Positions 24,044 through 36,125 of a stretch of 64,000 nucleotides of DNA are shown here, piece by piece; positions within the stretch are counted from its first letter, which is position 1; the number at the start of each line of letters is the position of its first letter. The stretch is taken from NCBI GenBank assembly GCA_013239625.1, contig MU056216.1, positions 1,962,025 through 2,026,024 on the forward strand. The letters are read 5' to 3'. This DNA is from Lama guanicoe (lineage: Eukaryota). Position numbers and translations under genes: made by a program. The notes under the pieces are model-generated. The model was not told the DNA's origin. It saw only the letters and a list, made by a program, of their open reading frames with translations, and did not search any database.

Positions 24044-24349
24044 CATGGCTTCATCCTCTTGATTCATAGTTCTGAATTCATCTCCTACCATTCGTGCCAA
24101 CAGACCTTCTTGCCACTGAGTGAGCTCCTAGCTCCAACCCCTCCTGGCTGGTCCTACCCTAGTCTACCATCCCCAAAATAGGATGTCTTATAATTACACA
24201 AGTACAGATAACTTTCCAAGGCAAGGATGACCAGGCCAACCTCTTTGTAGTGATTGTTTTAAAATCCAGCTTGGAAAAGTATTCTGAGGCTAGCCTGCAG
24301 TTCGTGCAATTGATGACTGATTGGCAAAATCTGCCACAAGCAAGGTACT

Positions 24350-24560
24350 TTTAGTATTAAAGTAAGTTTGCATGCTCACTGTGCACCAGGCCCTGGCTTA
24401 ATTAAGCACTTGCAGGCATTCTTATTTAATCCTCATGATGAAGAAAGTAAGGCTCCAGGAGTTAAGCAGCTTCCCAGGATGGCACAGTGAGGAAGAGACA
24501 CACCTGAGACTTGAACTCTGGTCTGTCTCACCAAGAACCCTGGCTTTTAGGTCAAACACC
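24350..24560 (-). mobile_element. MIR SINE
   Basis: 'cttatttaatcctca...aaggctccaggagttaagcagcttcccagg...gacttgaactctggtctgtct'. Confidence 0.7.
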
Positions 24561-25008
24561 TCTTGATATTCTGAATAAGACACTCAGGGGCACCTGTTCC
24601 CATGGACTGTACACTCACTAGGTGTACAATCATTGGTAAACCATGTGCTGGTCAAGTGAGATCTACCTGTCCAGACCTCCAAGGAAACCAGAAAAAAGCA
24701 TAAATTACAAGACTGAACCATGTAGTGCAGCATCAAATGCAAGAGCTTAATGGAAAGATTTGGCAAGAAAGATCAAGAGGAGAGAGTAGCTGACGTCTTT
24801 TTTAAACACAGTCTTGAGAACAGTGCTCTCCTCTCACTCCCTCGATCCCTGCACCACGTGTTGGACACAGTGCAGCCTGAAACCTGAAGTCTCCCCACTT
24901 CAGCTTTCTCTCGGAGAGAAAGGCAGCAAAGCAGTGAAGGAGCTTCAACTTGCAGCTCTCTGCTCCCCGTCCAAGGAGCTCTCTAGTTCTAGTCAGACTT
25001 CCCAGCAC

Positions 25009-25571
25009 TGAAATCAAGCAGGACCCTGTGGGGCCCTCCCAGTACAAAAGCCTTTCTGTGTCTCCTGTCTCTTGTTTGTAGGAAAAAGGCTTCAGCCTCC
25101 TAGACCTTCCCTGTGTTCCAAAGGGCAGATTCAAACAGTTACTAATTAGAAAATGAGGGGATGCAGAACAGAGGAACAGCAGGCAAACAACAGTGCAGCA
25201 GTGAAGCAGAGTCCTAGTTCCTCCTCAAGGGATACACATAACCACATATCTTTGAATTTTTCTGCAGAAACTAAGGCCGCCACCCAGGTGGAGGATGGTG
25301 ACTTCAGGCTGAGCACAAGTCCCACAGCACCTCCCTGTTACCTCACCACCAACCAATCAGAAGAAAGTCACACACCCTGCAGCCCTTATCCAAAATTTTG
25401 CCTTTTAGGAACTCTTCCCTGAAAACCATCGAGGAATTGAGATCTTTTGAGCGTGAGCTTCCTAGACTCCTTGCTGGACGCCGCAGTAAATGCTGTGCTT
25501 TCCTTTACCACGTCCGGTGTCAGTAAATTGTTGCAAGTTGAACAAACAGACCTAAGCTCAGTTCGGTAACA
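25009..25571 (+). mobile_element. ERV1 (gammaretrovirus-like) solo LTR, 563 bp
   Basis: TG...CA termini ('tgaaatcaagcagg'...'ttcggtaaca'), perfect 4-bp TSD gcac (25005-25008 and 25572-25575), CCAAT at ~25353, AGTAAA poly(A)-like signal at ~25485. Confidence 0.9.
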
Positions 25572-26964
25572 GCACCAAAGTGACCGCACCCAGCCAAGAG
25601 GATCTCAAGGATGCCCAGAAAGGGTAAAAGGGTTGCGAAATTCAGGCCTGGCTCCACTCACCAAGCTGTGTGCTCAAGGCAGGGCTCTGAACACCTTGCA
25701 GGGAGGGTGCCTATTTTTCTAATTGTCTCACCCAGAGGGCACACATTTTTTAGCTTCAGGTGATAGCTTCTGCCCTGCTTGTAGCTATTTTTCCTTGGCC
25801 TCACCTGACCAGATTTTGTCTATTCTGTAGTTCCCTGGACCTTTCTCCAGGAGTGGAATGAGCTAGAGATGTGGTTTGTTTATATTGTTACTTTATTTAC
25901 CAACAGCTTTAGAAAAGAACTTGGTAGAACCTCTGAAAAATACAGTGAATGGTTACCAGTAGATCAAAAAGATATGTTGGTAGATCTCTAAGAACATTAC
26001 AGAGAAACAGAGGAAAAAGATTTTGAGTAATCGGGTTTTCTTGCTCAAGATTATGAAATCCCAGAGAGAGAGCCATTCTCCACTGCAGAGATTTGCTTCA
26101 GTGTCTAACAGCTTCTCCATGAACAGGAGAAACTAGAAAATAATTTCACAAATAATTCTACCATATTCAAGGTTCTGTGCACAAGGAACCAAAAAAAGTC
26201 AACAGTCAGTCTTACAGAGATTTCCACAGTGGACACCCAGTGACTGCATGAATCAATGATGCAGATCCTATTTCAGTTTTTTAAAAAACTTACCATATTG
26301 CCTTGTTCAGAACAGTATTTATCGATTTTGATAGATTCTATTCCTACTCCCATAATTTCCAGTTGAAGGCTAATTACTCAATAAATATTAATTGCCTTAA
26401 ACTATCAAATTCCAATAATATTTGATCATTTTAAAGCACCTAAATATGGCACTGAAATGTTTAAAACAGAGAAAGAAGACTCACAATATTTATTTGATAA
26501 GAAGGAACTACCTTTTTTACTCTCTTTGCTGATCCTTTATCTCATCCCCAGAGGAATAAAGAAGAATCTATGTTTGGGATTAACTCAACTCCATCCCCTC
26601 CATGCCCTATTCCCAAGTCCTACACAAAATGGTACTGGCAGCCAAACATCCCTAGGTCACAGCAGGAGGGACACTGGTTCTGCAGTGGGGAATCTCAGAA
26701 GCCACACTCAGCACACACATGACACAAGCAGGCAGGCTGGCATGAGGTGCATCAGATTTCCACTGGGCTAGTTTAGTTCTGATCTATTTTATTAACACTT
26801 GGACCGCCCATTACCTTCTGGCCTCAGGCTCTTAGTTCATTTTGCTGGATTCCAAGTCCATGGAATGGCCATGGCTGGAAAATCTTGCACCATGGATATT
26901 TCCCTGGATACTGCACCCAGAAGGACTTCAATGGTCTTTGCAATGTTGTTTTCCCCTCTGAAAG

Positions 26965-28390
26965 GAATCATTTGTTCATTCAACAAACACTTTTGAAGCA
27001 CCCAACATGTACCTTGAACTATTCTAGGCTTTGGAGATATAGCAGCAAACAAGAAAGACAAAGTCATAGTAGAAGAAGGGGTCAGATAATACACAACTAC
27101 AACGTGTGGTAATGCTACAAACAACCGTGAAGCAATGTAAGAGAGTGAAAGTGAGGAGATGTTATTTTAGAAAGGGTTAGGAAGCAAAACTTCTTTGACT
27201 ATGTGACATTTGAGCAGAACTGAAAGAGTGAGAGTGTAAGCCATGAGGTTAAGAGAGGGCAAAAATCCTTCCAGGCAGAGAACTGCAAATGTAAAGACCC
27301 TGAGACAAAAGTGGGCTTGGTGTGGTCAAGGAACAATCAGGAGACTAGAGAGACCAGAGGGACCAGAGATAATTTGTAGGAGATAAGATCAAAGAGATAA
27401 TAGGGAGGGAGGAGGCAGAGCAGTGCAGAGGCTTTTATTCTGGAGTAGATGGGAAACCAATGGAAGATGTTGGAAAGAGAAAAGATAAAACCTGACTTAG
27501 GTTTTTAAGAGAAACTTTAAGTCTTAAAAGGCTGCTGTACTGAGAATAGACTGAGACAAGGGGCTGGGAGGAGGTGGCAAGAGTAACACCAGGAAAATCA
27601 GTTAGGGGACACTAGCAATAACCCAGGAAGGAGGTCATGGTGGCTGGGACCAGGGTAACATCAGTTGAGGTGATGAAGTGATCAAATTCTGAATTTGTTT
27701 GGAAGTTGGTACCGGCTGGATTTGGCTGATGGATATGATGAGAGGTGTGAGATGAAGAAAGACTCAAAGATGAATTTACGTTTTGGGGCCTGGGCATCTG
27801 GAGGGATGGAGAAATATCAAGTTAGAAGGTGAAAATCAGAAGTGAAGTTTTGTACATGTTAAGTGTGAAACACCCATTAGTCATTCAAGGGGAGCTGTTA
27901 AATAGGGGAACTAAGAAAGCAGTTTACTGGAAGTCACTGGTTCAAGGAGGAAGGAGTGTTGTTTTCAAATATTGCTGAGAGAGTCTGGAAAATAAGGACT
28001 CAGAATTGGACTTCAGATTTGGCAACTTTCAGGTCACTAATGGACTTTACAAGAAATGTCCAGTGGAGTAATGGGGCAAAAGCCTGGTTGAGATGAATTT
28101 GAAAAAGAACGGGAAGAAAAGTAGAGACAGTGAGTGGAGACAATTCTGCAAAGCAGCTTTGCTGAAAACAGGAACAGAGAAATGCAATGGTAGTTGGGAG
28201 GGATGTGGAAGTTATGGGGGGACTATTCTGATGGAAGACACTATAACTTCCCTGCATGCTAATGAGAATGAACCAATGGTGAGGAGAAAATTGATAATGG
28301 ATGAGAGAAGAGGAGAGATTTCTGGAGAAATATCCCTGAGAAGGATGGAGGGGATGAGGTCTGTGTGCAGGTAATAGGTTGGCCTAGACT
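26965..28390 (-). mobile_element. Long L2 LINE fragment
   Basis: Begins 'tcatttgttcattcaacaaacac'; continuous purine-rich antisense L2 text. Confidence 0.85.
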
Positions 28391-28989
28391 GGAGTTCCAG
28401 CTGGGCTCTTATTCTCCCACTCTAAGAATAGACAGACATCTCTTACTGAAATTCTTTGATCCTCTTCCTTCACCCACCCACACCCAAGCGGTTTTTTTCC
28501 TGTCTGCCCATAGCAACTCAGACACGTAACCTACTTTCCCCCCCTTATCCTAACTGACTGACATTACTGATTTTCCTTGATGTCAGCAAGTTTTTCTTTA
28601 TCACAGTCCCCTTGCTTTACTAGTTTATTGACTCAAACAAAAAAACAATGCCAGGCATTCAGCTGATTGCTAAGGATACAGAGATGAATAGGACTCAGCT
28701 CCCACCTTCGAAATTCTCGCCACTTAGTTAGGGAAGGAAAACAGTAACACAAGAATTACGATAGAGTGGGATATGTATTAAAATAGACCCTGGAGCACAG
28801 TATGATGGGAGGGACATGGAAGTGACCAGAGGAAGCAGCTACGAACTCCACCTACATGGAGGAGTCAAGCAAGACTCCACAGAGAAGATGACATTTGGTA
28901 ATCTGAGGGAGTGGAGTGTGGGTAGGGGTGAGTGTTGGACCTCAGGGACAAGGAGATGAATTGTTTGTTCTCTTCAGGTTATGACTCCC

Positions 28990-29700
28990 TCCCTGTTTTG
29001 CTTTTTCCCCTTTACTCCTATTAATTACTTCCAGATTCCTCTCTTTCACAAACATTCACTTTGAGGTGTTTGGTATTTGTCCTCCATTATATACATGCAT
29101 CCTTGTAAAATTTGAAGTGTTATTTTGTGTTTATATGTTTTATAATTCACAAATAGTATTATGCTATTGATATATTTCTGTTTTGTTCTTTCTTGTCTCA
29201 ACTATGTTTTTAAGACCCATCAGTAAGGCATATGTAATGTGCACTGCATCTATCTCATTGCTTCTAATCATTGCATAGTACTCAATCATTTACCTATCAT
29301 TTGCCTATATGACACTGAGCTTGCTTCCATCTCCTCACCACCTCAAACAACAGTGCCATACATAGCCCCACACTGTCCTTCCTAGACTCCTGCACAGACT
29401 CCTTTGTCCGTTTTTCAGTCATCTTATTGATTAACAAATAATAATACGTCAGTGAGTTTTGACATTGTGATTGGCATCTCTTGGTTTGTCATGTCTGTTA
29501 AATCTATCAGTGTGTCCTATGCTAAATAGAAACCTTTTCTTTTTATATCATCAAATCTATCAGCATTTTGCCTCATGGTTTAGATGTGTTTGAGTCACAG
29601 AAATATTCTCCTACATGTTATCTTATTAAATTAATAGATTTATCTTTCACATCTTTAATCCATCTGGAGGGCATCTTTGTCTGTTGAGTCAACTAGGGGT
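28990..29700 (-). mobile_element. Ancient L1 (L1ME/L1M5-like) fragments
   Basis: 'tctcaactatgtttttaagacccatc...tctttcacatctttaatccatctggag'. Confidence 0.6.
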
Positions 29701-29779
29701 CCAGGAAGGTGACAATTGAGCTTAAAGAGTATCTATTCATGCACGTTTTCTAGCTCTCCAGTTTTCACCATCCTTAATC

Positions 29780-30238
29780 ACTGAAAATAACTACCATCCA
29801 GAATTCTATACCTAAGGAAATTATCAATCAACATTGAAGTCAAAATGAAGACCTCATACAAACAAAAACAGAGAGAGTTTGCCACCAGCAGGACCTCATA
29901 GATGGAAATTCTAAACGATGTACTTTAGGCCAAAAGAAAGTGATTGCCAAGTGAAAGAAATGGTAAATATGTGCATAAATACAAATGAACATCATATAAA
30001 ATAATGGTAATGTTATCATATAATGTTTAAAACAAAGCACAAACTAAATTATTTAACATTTATATCGTATTGGTCAGGAGAGTAAACAAATGCAGTTTAA
30101 GAATCTGAAGTCTATGTATTGTTTGGAAAGAAAGTAAAGATATTAAGTTTAGAATTAGGTAAGTTAGGGTTCATGGTGTAATTTCTGGAGTAAAAAAACA
30201 CTGAAAGAAAAACCGTGAAGGTGTGACTGTCAAGCTAG
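29780..30238 (+). mobile_element. Ancient L1 ORF1 C-terminus and inter-ORF fragment
   Basis: 'ccagaattctatacctaaggaaattatca' corresponds to the ORF1 motif 'PRILYPAKLS'. Confidence 0.65.
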
Positions 30239-30239
30239 T

Positions 30240-30428
30240 GCGTGAGTTCAAGTTTATGGGGAAGCAGATGCCAAGACAGGATTAGAAATGCAAGAGGTTT
30301 GTTGGGGGAAATGTCTATGAAGGAGAACCCGGCTGAAGTCTGGAGAAAGAAGAAAGAAGCTCTGAACTCTGATGTGGGCCTGACACCTGTGAAGGGCAGG
30401 GGAAGGAAGAAGGATTGGGTAGGATCTA
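30240..30428 (-). mobile_element. ERVL LTR fragment, LTR16-like
   Basis: 'gaagcagatgccaagacaggattagaaatgcaagaggtttgttggggg...ctgacacctgtgaagg'. Confidence 0.6.
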
Positions 30429-30966
30429 AGCTATTATTGGGGGAGAATGTTCAGGAAAAAGAGGGACAAGTACAAAGCCAGAGAGGAGAGAGAGCTCATG
30501 AAGCATTCTATGACTTGCAAAAAGTTCCGTACAACAGGAATATTGTGCAGGGAGCTCCACACAGCAAGGCAGGAGGAGACTGAGCAGGTGGGTAAGAGCA
30601 TGGCCCCAAAGGAAGGCATGGTAAGGGGATGCCATCCCAGGAAGAAGTTTGGATTTTAATCCAAAAGCGATGGGAAGTCATTGGGTGATATTTTCTAAGA
30701 CATGGCATCTTTTCAACAGGTGTTAGAGCACCTACTACACACCAGGCACCCTGGCTGCCTCAAAACAAGACAGACACAGAGCCCACCTTCCAGCTTCCAT
30801 CAGGATTGGCAAGGAGGAAGGGGTCATAGGTTTTTGGGTAGGGCCAATCAGCAGATAGCAGTGTGGGGAATTGGGGGTAAAAAATGAAGCAATGCAAGGA
30901 AATGAAGTGTAAGACTCAAATGAAGTACAAGCCTGGGGCAGTGGCAGAGTTCCATGGGGTTATTTG

Positions 30967-31080
30967 CAGGGTCTGGACTAGGGTGAAGCAAGCAGGGGGT
31001 CAAACTTCAATGAGATATTTACTCTTAGGCTCATCCAAGTATGGGATTCACACCTGAAAATGAATGGCTCCTTAAATTTT
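30967..31080. mobile_element. MER96-like hAT MITE, cut by an L1 insertion
   Basis: 'cagggtctggactagggtgaagcaagc...ctccttaaattt' resembles MER96. Confidence 0.6.
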
Positions 31081-31840
31081 TCTTTTAAATAATAGCTTTA
31101 TTAAGATATCATTCACTACCATAAAGTTCATCCTCTTAAATTGTGAACTTTGAATCTTAGTATATTCACAGAGTTGTGCCTCCATTTCCACTAATTCCAG
31201 AATGCTTTCATTACCCCACCAAGAAACATCATACCCCTTAGCAGTCACCTTCCTTTTGCCCACCCATCCCCAAATCCATGGAAACCGTTTATCTATTTTC
31301 TGTCTTTCTGAATTTGCCTATCTGGACATTTCATATAAATGGAATTTGACAATATGTCTGGTTTCTTTCACTCAGAACACTGTTTTCAGTGTTCATCCAT
31401 ACTGTAGCGTGTATCCAGGCTTCTTTCCTCTTTATTGCCGAGTAATGTTCCATTGTGTAGATCTACCTTTTCTCTAGACATTCATCCATCAATGGACATT
31501 TCAGTGTTCCTACTTTTGGGCCCTTATGAATACTGCTCTGACCATTCATGTGCAAGTTTTTACGTGTACATTTATTTTCAGTTCTCTTGAGTATGTACCT
31601 AGGATCATATAATAACTCTATGTTTAATTTTTTGAGGAACTGCTGAAGTGTTTTCCAAACAGCTGTATCACTTTGCATTCCCACCAGCAATATATGAGGG
31701 TTCCAATTGCCCTATATCTTTACCAACACTTGTTTTTCTTTCCTTTTCATTACAGCCAACCTAGTTGGTGTAATGCATTATCTCGTTATGATTTTGGTTT
31801 GCATCTCCCTGATGACTAATGATACTGAGCACCTTTCAAC
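31078..31840 (-). mobile_element. L1MB-type 3' end
   Basis: ORF 31463..31690 'QFLKKLNIELLYDP' matches L1 ORF2; 3'UTR 'tttgcctatctggacatttcatataaatggaa'. Confidence 0.9.
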
Positions 31841-33221
31841 CCACTTACCACCCAACCATCATTTGGAATATAAAGAAAGAAGGAAGGTAAAAACATCTCC
31901 TTGATAATGTAAGAGACTCTTGGCATACCTGTCCTGTGTCTCTCCTACCCACCGAAGGTGCTTAACTAAATTCTCCTAGCAGGAGATGTTAAGAATATAC
32001 ACATTTCACCAGTATGGAATCATGCGTTTTTAGGTTTTGGTCACAGGCTCTGACTTACATTAAAACTACTCTGTGATGTCATTTAGTTTATCAGGAGAAG
32101 GCTCAGGATTTCTTTACAAACAGCTTTGTGTAGAAAGACCCTTAGAAAAGATGACTCTTCAACCTCCTATTGGGCATAGTTAAACCACCTTTTGCTCGCA
32201 CAAATCCTCCCCTCAGACACAGAAGAATAACCTCAGGCTTTTGTTTTTGTTTTTCTGGGTTGAGTTTAAATGTCAAATATTCTCCATACAGACAAAAATT
32301 CTTGCCAGACTATCAGGCTAGCACAGTTAAACTTACATGTTCACATATGATATACTTGGTAGTAGAGTAAATTACACAACTTGTTTATATCAGCCTTGTC
32401 AACAGCAAAATGAAGCGTAAATGGCTTATTGATAGAGGATGCTTCTGTGGCACAGGACTGAAATCTGACTGAAAGATATCAAGAAACACCATCTGTGTTA
32501 TGATTTATGACAATTTTTTTTAAAAAAGGCTGTTAGACTGCTTTGGAAATACTAAATACATTAAATGCTAAATGCAGCATTTGGTACTGCATTTTTTTAT
32601 GATTTGAATGCATTTTAAGTATATTTGCCTTTGAAATGCTTTGCAGTTTCAGGGGAAAAATATTTTTTCTTAAGTCTGATTTGTTTTGAATGAGGACAAT
32701 CATGGGAAAGTTAGACATCAGCTGATTAAAACTTAAGCCAACATTCAGAACAGTTTAATTACAGAGAATCCTTGCAATTAGACCCAGTAGGAAACTTATT
32801 CCCGAGTAAAATGTTTCCATATTTTGTTCCCTATTTTTAAGGCCAACTTCATCAGCCATGAATCTATTATGAATCACTGAATTTGAGCAAATGTATCTTA
32901 AGTTAAAAAGAATGACAGTCGCTTTTAACTAGTGTGGTATCAATTAAAGTTGAATTTTGCCTTTAAAAAGAGTTTTCTCACAGTAAGCATCAAGATTTTA
33001 TAAGGAATCAGTAGAATGTCAAATGTCTGCAAAGTATAGAATAAGGACACAAATAAATCTGTATTTAATCTAAACTCCAAGTCTCATTTTTTAAAATTAT
33101 TTTCCCTTCAATTAAACCATTCAATCCTACCTTTTTCAAACTTTCAGTATTTCCATCATTGGGATATAAATTCCAGTTCTTATAATCAATAGGCACAATC
33201 CTTTAAAGGCTTTTGTTTTTT

Positions 33222-33360
33222 GTTTCTGTTTTGTTTTGGTTTGGTTTTTTAAGAGGGGTAATCAGGTTTATTTGTTTATTTTTTTGATGGCGGTACTGGG
33301 ATCGAACCCAGGACCTCATGCACGCTAGGCACACATTCTACCACTGAGCTATACCCTCCC
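33222..33360 (-). mobile_element. tRNA-derived SINE, Vic-1-like
   Basis: 'ggtactgggatcgaacccaggacctcatgc...ccactgagctataccctccc'; TSD aaag(g/c)cttttgtttttt at 33205-33221 and 33364-33380. Confidence 0.9.
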
Positions 33361-33536
33361 TGCAAAGCCTTTTGTTTTTTAATATTGGATTTTTCTGAAT
33401 AAATAGCTACTTTTATCAAAGTAATAATTATTTCTAATGGTTATTAAATAAATGTTTCTTTAGTTCTCTCATTGCTTTGCCATCTCCTACACTCAGAGTA
33501 ATAGAAAATTGGAAGAAAGAGAGTCAAACGGGGGTC

Positions 33537-34229
33537 TGTACTGTTGTCCCGTAACTCCAAACCCATCCTTCCATTCTCTGCTTTGTGGTGCCCACGCCAG
33601 GACCCTGCACACCTCATTCCTGCTCAGGGAGTCAGTCAGACTGCCACCAGGCAGCACTAGAGGGAGGGTGCAAGGCTGGAGGAGGGAGAAAGGACTTGCA
33701 CTTCCTGTTTGCTTCCTCTCTGCTTCTGGTTCCTGTAAATATCACCCTACACCCTGGCAACAGCTGTCCTTCCTGTAGCAGCAGTTGGATCCAGTTTGCA
33801 ATTTTTCCAGCCCTTGCAAGACGAACTTCATTACACTCCCTCAGAGACACCAGCACCAACTGGCTAGTGTCCCCACCTCAGAGGTCTGGGCCCCACCTCC
33901 ACAGGGCTTCCCCTTCAAGTTCAGACATGTCAGGTCAGAGGCAGTCCAGCTGTGCCCCCTTCCCAAAGGACTGAGTTCCAGCTCTGTGGGGGCCTCTCCC
34001 CACAAGTTTTTAAATTTTAATAATTCCAAGGTCACCCCTTTGATCACCCAGCCATAAGGATGGCAGTTGCTCCCACAGTTGCTACCTTCATGATGTATTA
34101 GTGTTCTCTTTCTGCCTCTTCAGTTCCCTAATTATCAATTTAATACCTAGTTAATAATTCTTTATATTAAATTATCTCTGTTAAAATAACTGGTATCATT
34201 TCTGTCTCCTGAGCCACCAACTACATACA
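33537..34229 (+). mobile_element. ERVL 5' LTR, LTR41-like
   Basis: TG...CA; 'tgtactgttgtcccgtaactccaaacccatccttcc...ctagagggagggtgcaaggctggagg'; ATTAAA signal near the end; directly followed by ERVL internal sequence. Confidence 0.8.
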
Positions 34230-35497
34230 AATTAATACCAGAAGTATTTCTAAGGGAAAGTTTTTAAAAATATGATCTGGGGTATTGATTTGGTTGTGTC
34301 CTTGGCCTTGAATGTAGAGCCTTGACAATGGAATATGGAATACTAGTGATTCATGTGTTGGCATTACAATTAATCAAATTATGCCTGTGATTGGTTAAGA
34401 TGAAGTTCTTACTGGATTAAGTACTTTGGAGAAATAAGTGATTGCTTTACTTGATCGTTAATGAAGTAATGTTGACTACAAGAATTGTGGCGTTGAATGG
34501 ATTCTTCTGAGTGCATTGGAGCATTTGCAGAAAGGAAATTATGGTCTTTACACACTCAGCTTAAGTCACAGATTATCAGAGAATTTCTACTATCCTTATA
34601 ATAATCTCTTATTACTGGTAGCCACAGGGCAAATACTGTTGAAAGTTGAACACAAAATTTGACAACACTAGTTGCAGAATTACAATGTAAATTGTATTCA
34701 TAGCCTCCCTTAGTCTTTCATGTAAAAGTGAAGGCACTGATTGGATAGAGATGAGACTTGAAATTTGCAATAGGGACATCTGCTTGGGTTCAGAAGACAC
34801 TGATAATCTTAACCACCCCCTCCGTCCACCATCACCACCACCAAGTCACTCTTAGAGTCTCTTGCCAGCGGAAGGAGCCTGCCCTACATGTCTAGGGAGA
34901 TGATCTTTCCTTGCCTGAACACCCTGTAATAACCTCATCTGAGGCAGCTGCCTTACATGGTGGCACTCATTCTCCTGAAAAATTAGCCTGAATGTTCCTT
35001 GTTGTCACCAGGTTCATAACAAAGATCAATCTCATCACGTTCAAAAGTACACAGCCTGATTTGGGAGAAAACGGCTTATAAATCGGAAGAAGTGCAAGTG
35101 ATGCTAATTGTGCTGACACAGGCCTGGAGAACACGTGTGAGAACACAAACCAGGAGGTGGAAGGTAAACCCTGTGAAAATTCCGCAGCCCATCACTTCAG
35201 TAAAGTTTCTGGATTCCCGTGATCTAGAACACACTGAGCTATCTGTCCCCTCTGAAGAGAAAAACACGGTGCTGCATCTTTCGCCCCTACCACTCAAAAA
35301 GTGGCATGACACTGGGTGGGGCTTCATTTTGGATTTTGGAGGCAATCTTTATCACTTTTGAGTGTGCTACTTCAATTCATTGACAAAATACTTGTAAGAC
35401 TGTCAGTCCTGAGTGCAGAACCTGGTGAGAGAGGCTCTAAATCAAACCCGGGCTGATATGCAAGCTGATTTTCCAACTGGGCTTTATGACCCAGCAG
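34230..35497 (+). mobile_element. ERVL internal fossil (leader, partial gag, partial pol RT), internally deleted and 3'-truncated
   Basis: ORF 35092..35361 'WKVNPVKIPQPITSVKFL...VPSEEKNTVLHLSP' and ORF 35413.. 'EALNQTRADMQADFPTGLYDPAE' resemble ERVL pol 'WEINPTKIQGPATSVKFLG...IPSKVKDKLLHLAP' and 'KALQQVQAAVQAALPLGPYDPAD'. Confidence 0.85.
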
Positions 35498-35499
35498 AG

Positions 35500-36125
35500 A
35501 GCAACTACACAGATGAGAAAGACAAACAAGTGAAATTACAGGTCAATTCCATTCAAGAGCACAGATGCAGAATTTGTAAACAAAATTTAGCCAAGTTAAT
35601 CCAGCTGTGTATAAAACACTAATACTTTCAAATACTACCATGAAAGTAGTCATTTCTGGTTATATTTTCCCCCCTTTATTGTATCCCAACACCTTGAATA
35701 CCACATGGAACATACATAGGCATCAATGTTATTTTTTGAATGAATGAATCACCAAAATAGATGTATCCCAGGAACACAAGGGCTGTTTAACAACAGTGAA
35801 CACATAAATGTATTTCACTACATTAACTGATCAAAGAAGAACACACATCACTTCAGTAGATGCAGTAAAAGAATCTGGTAAAATCCATTACCCCAGTCAC
35901 TAAAAAACACAAAAACAAAAACAACAAAAAACAAAAAAACTTAGCAAACCAGAAAACATAGCTTAAAAATAGAAGCAAGCTAGAAACTTAGAAATAAATC
36001 TAACACATATCTGTAAGAACTATATGGAGAAAATTTTAACACATTATTAAAGATAATTTTTAAAACAGACTTAAGTAAAGGAAATAGTTCCCACAAGCAC
36101 AATTTTAAGACTAAATATGTTGAGG
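35500..36125 (+). mobile_element. Ancient L1 ORF2 RT-domain fragment containing an L2 tail (~35635-35748)
   Basis: Decayed NYRPISL..DAKILNKILA region (35533-35617) and IPGMQGWFN..SIDAEK region (35750-35895). Confidence 0.75.
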
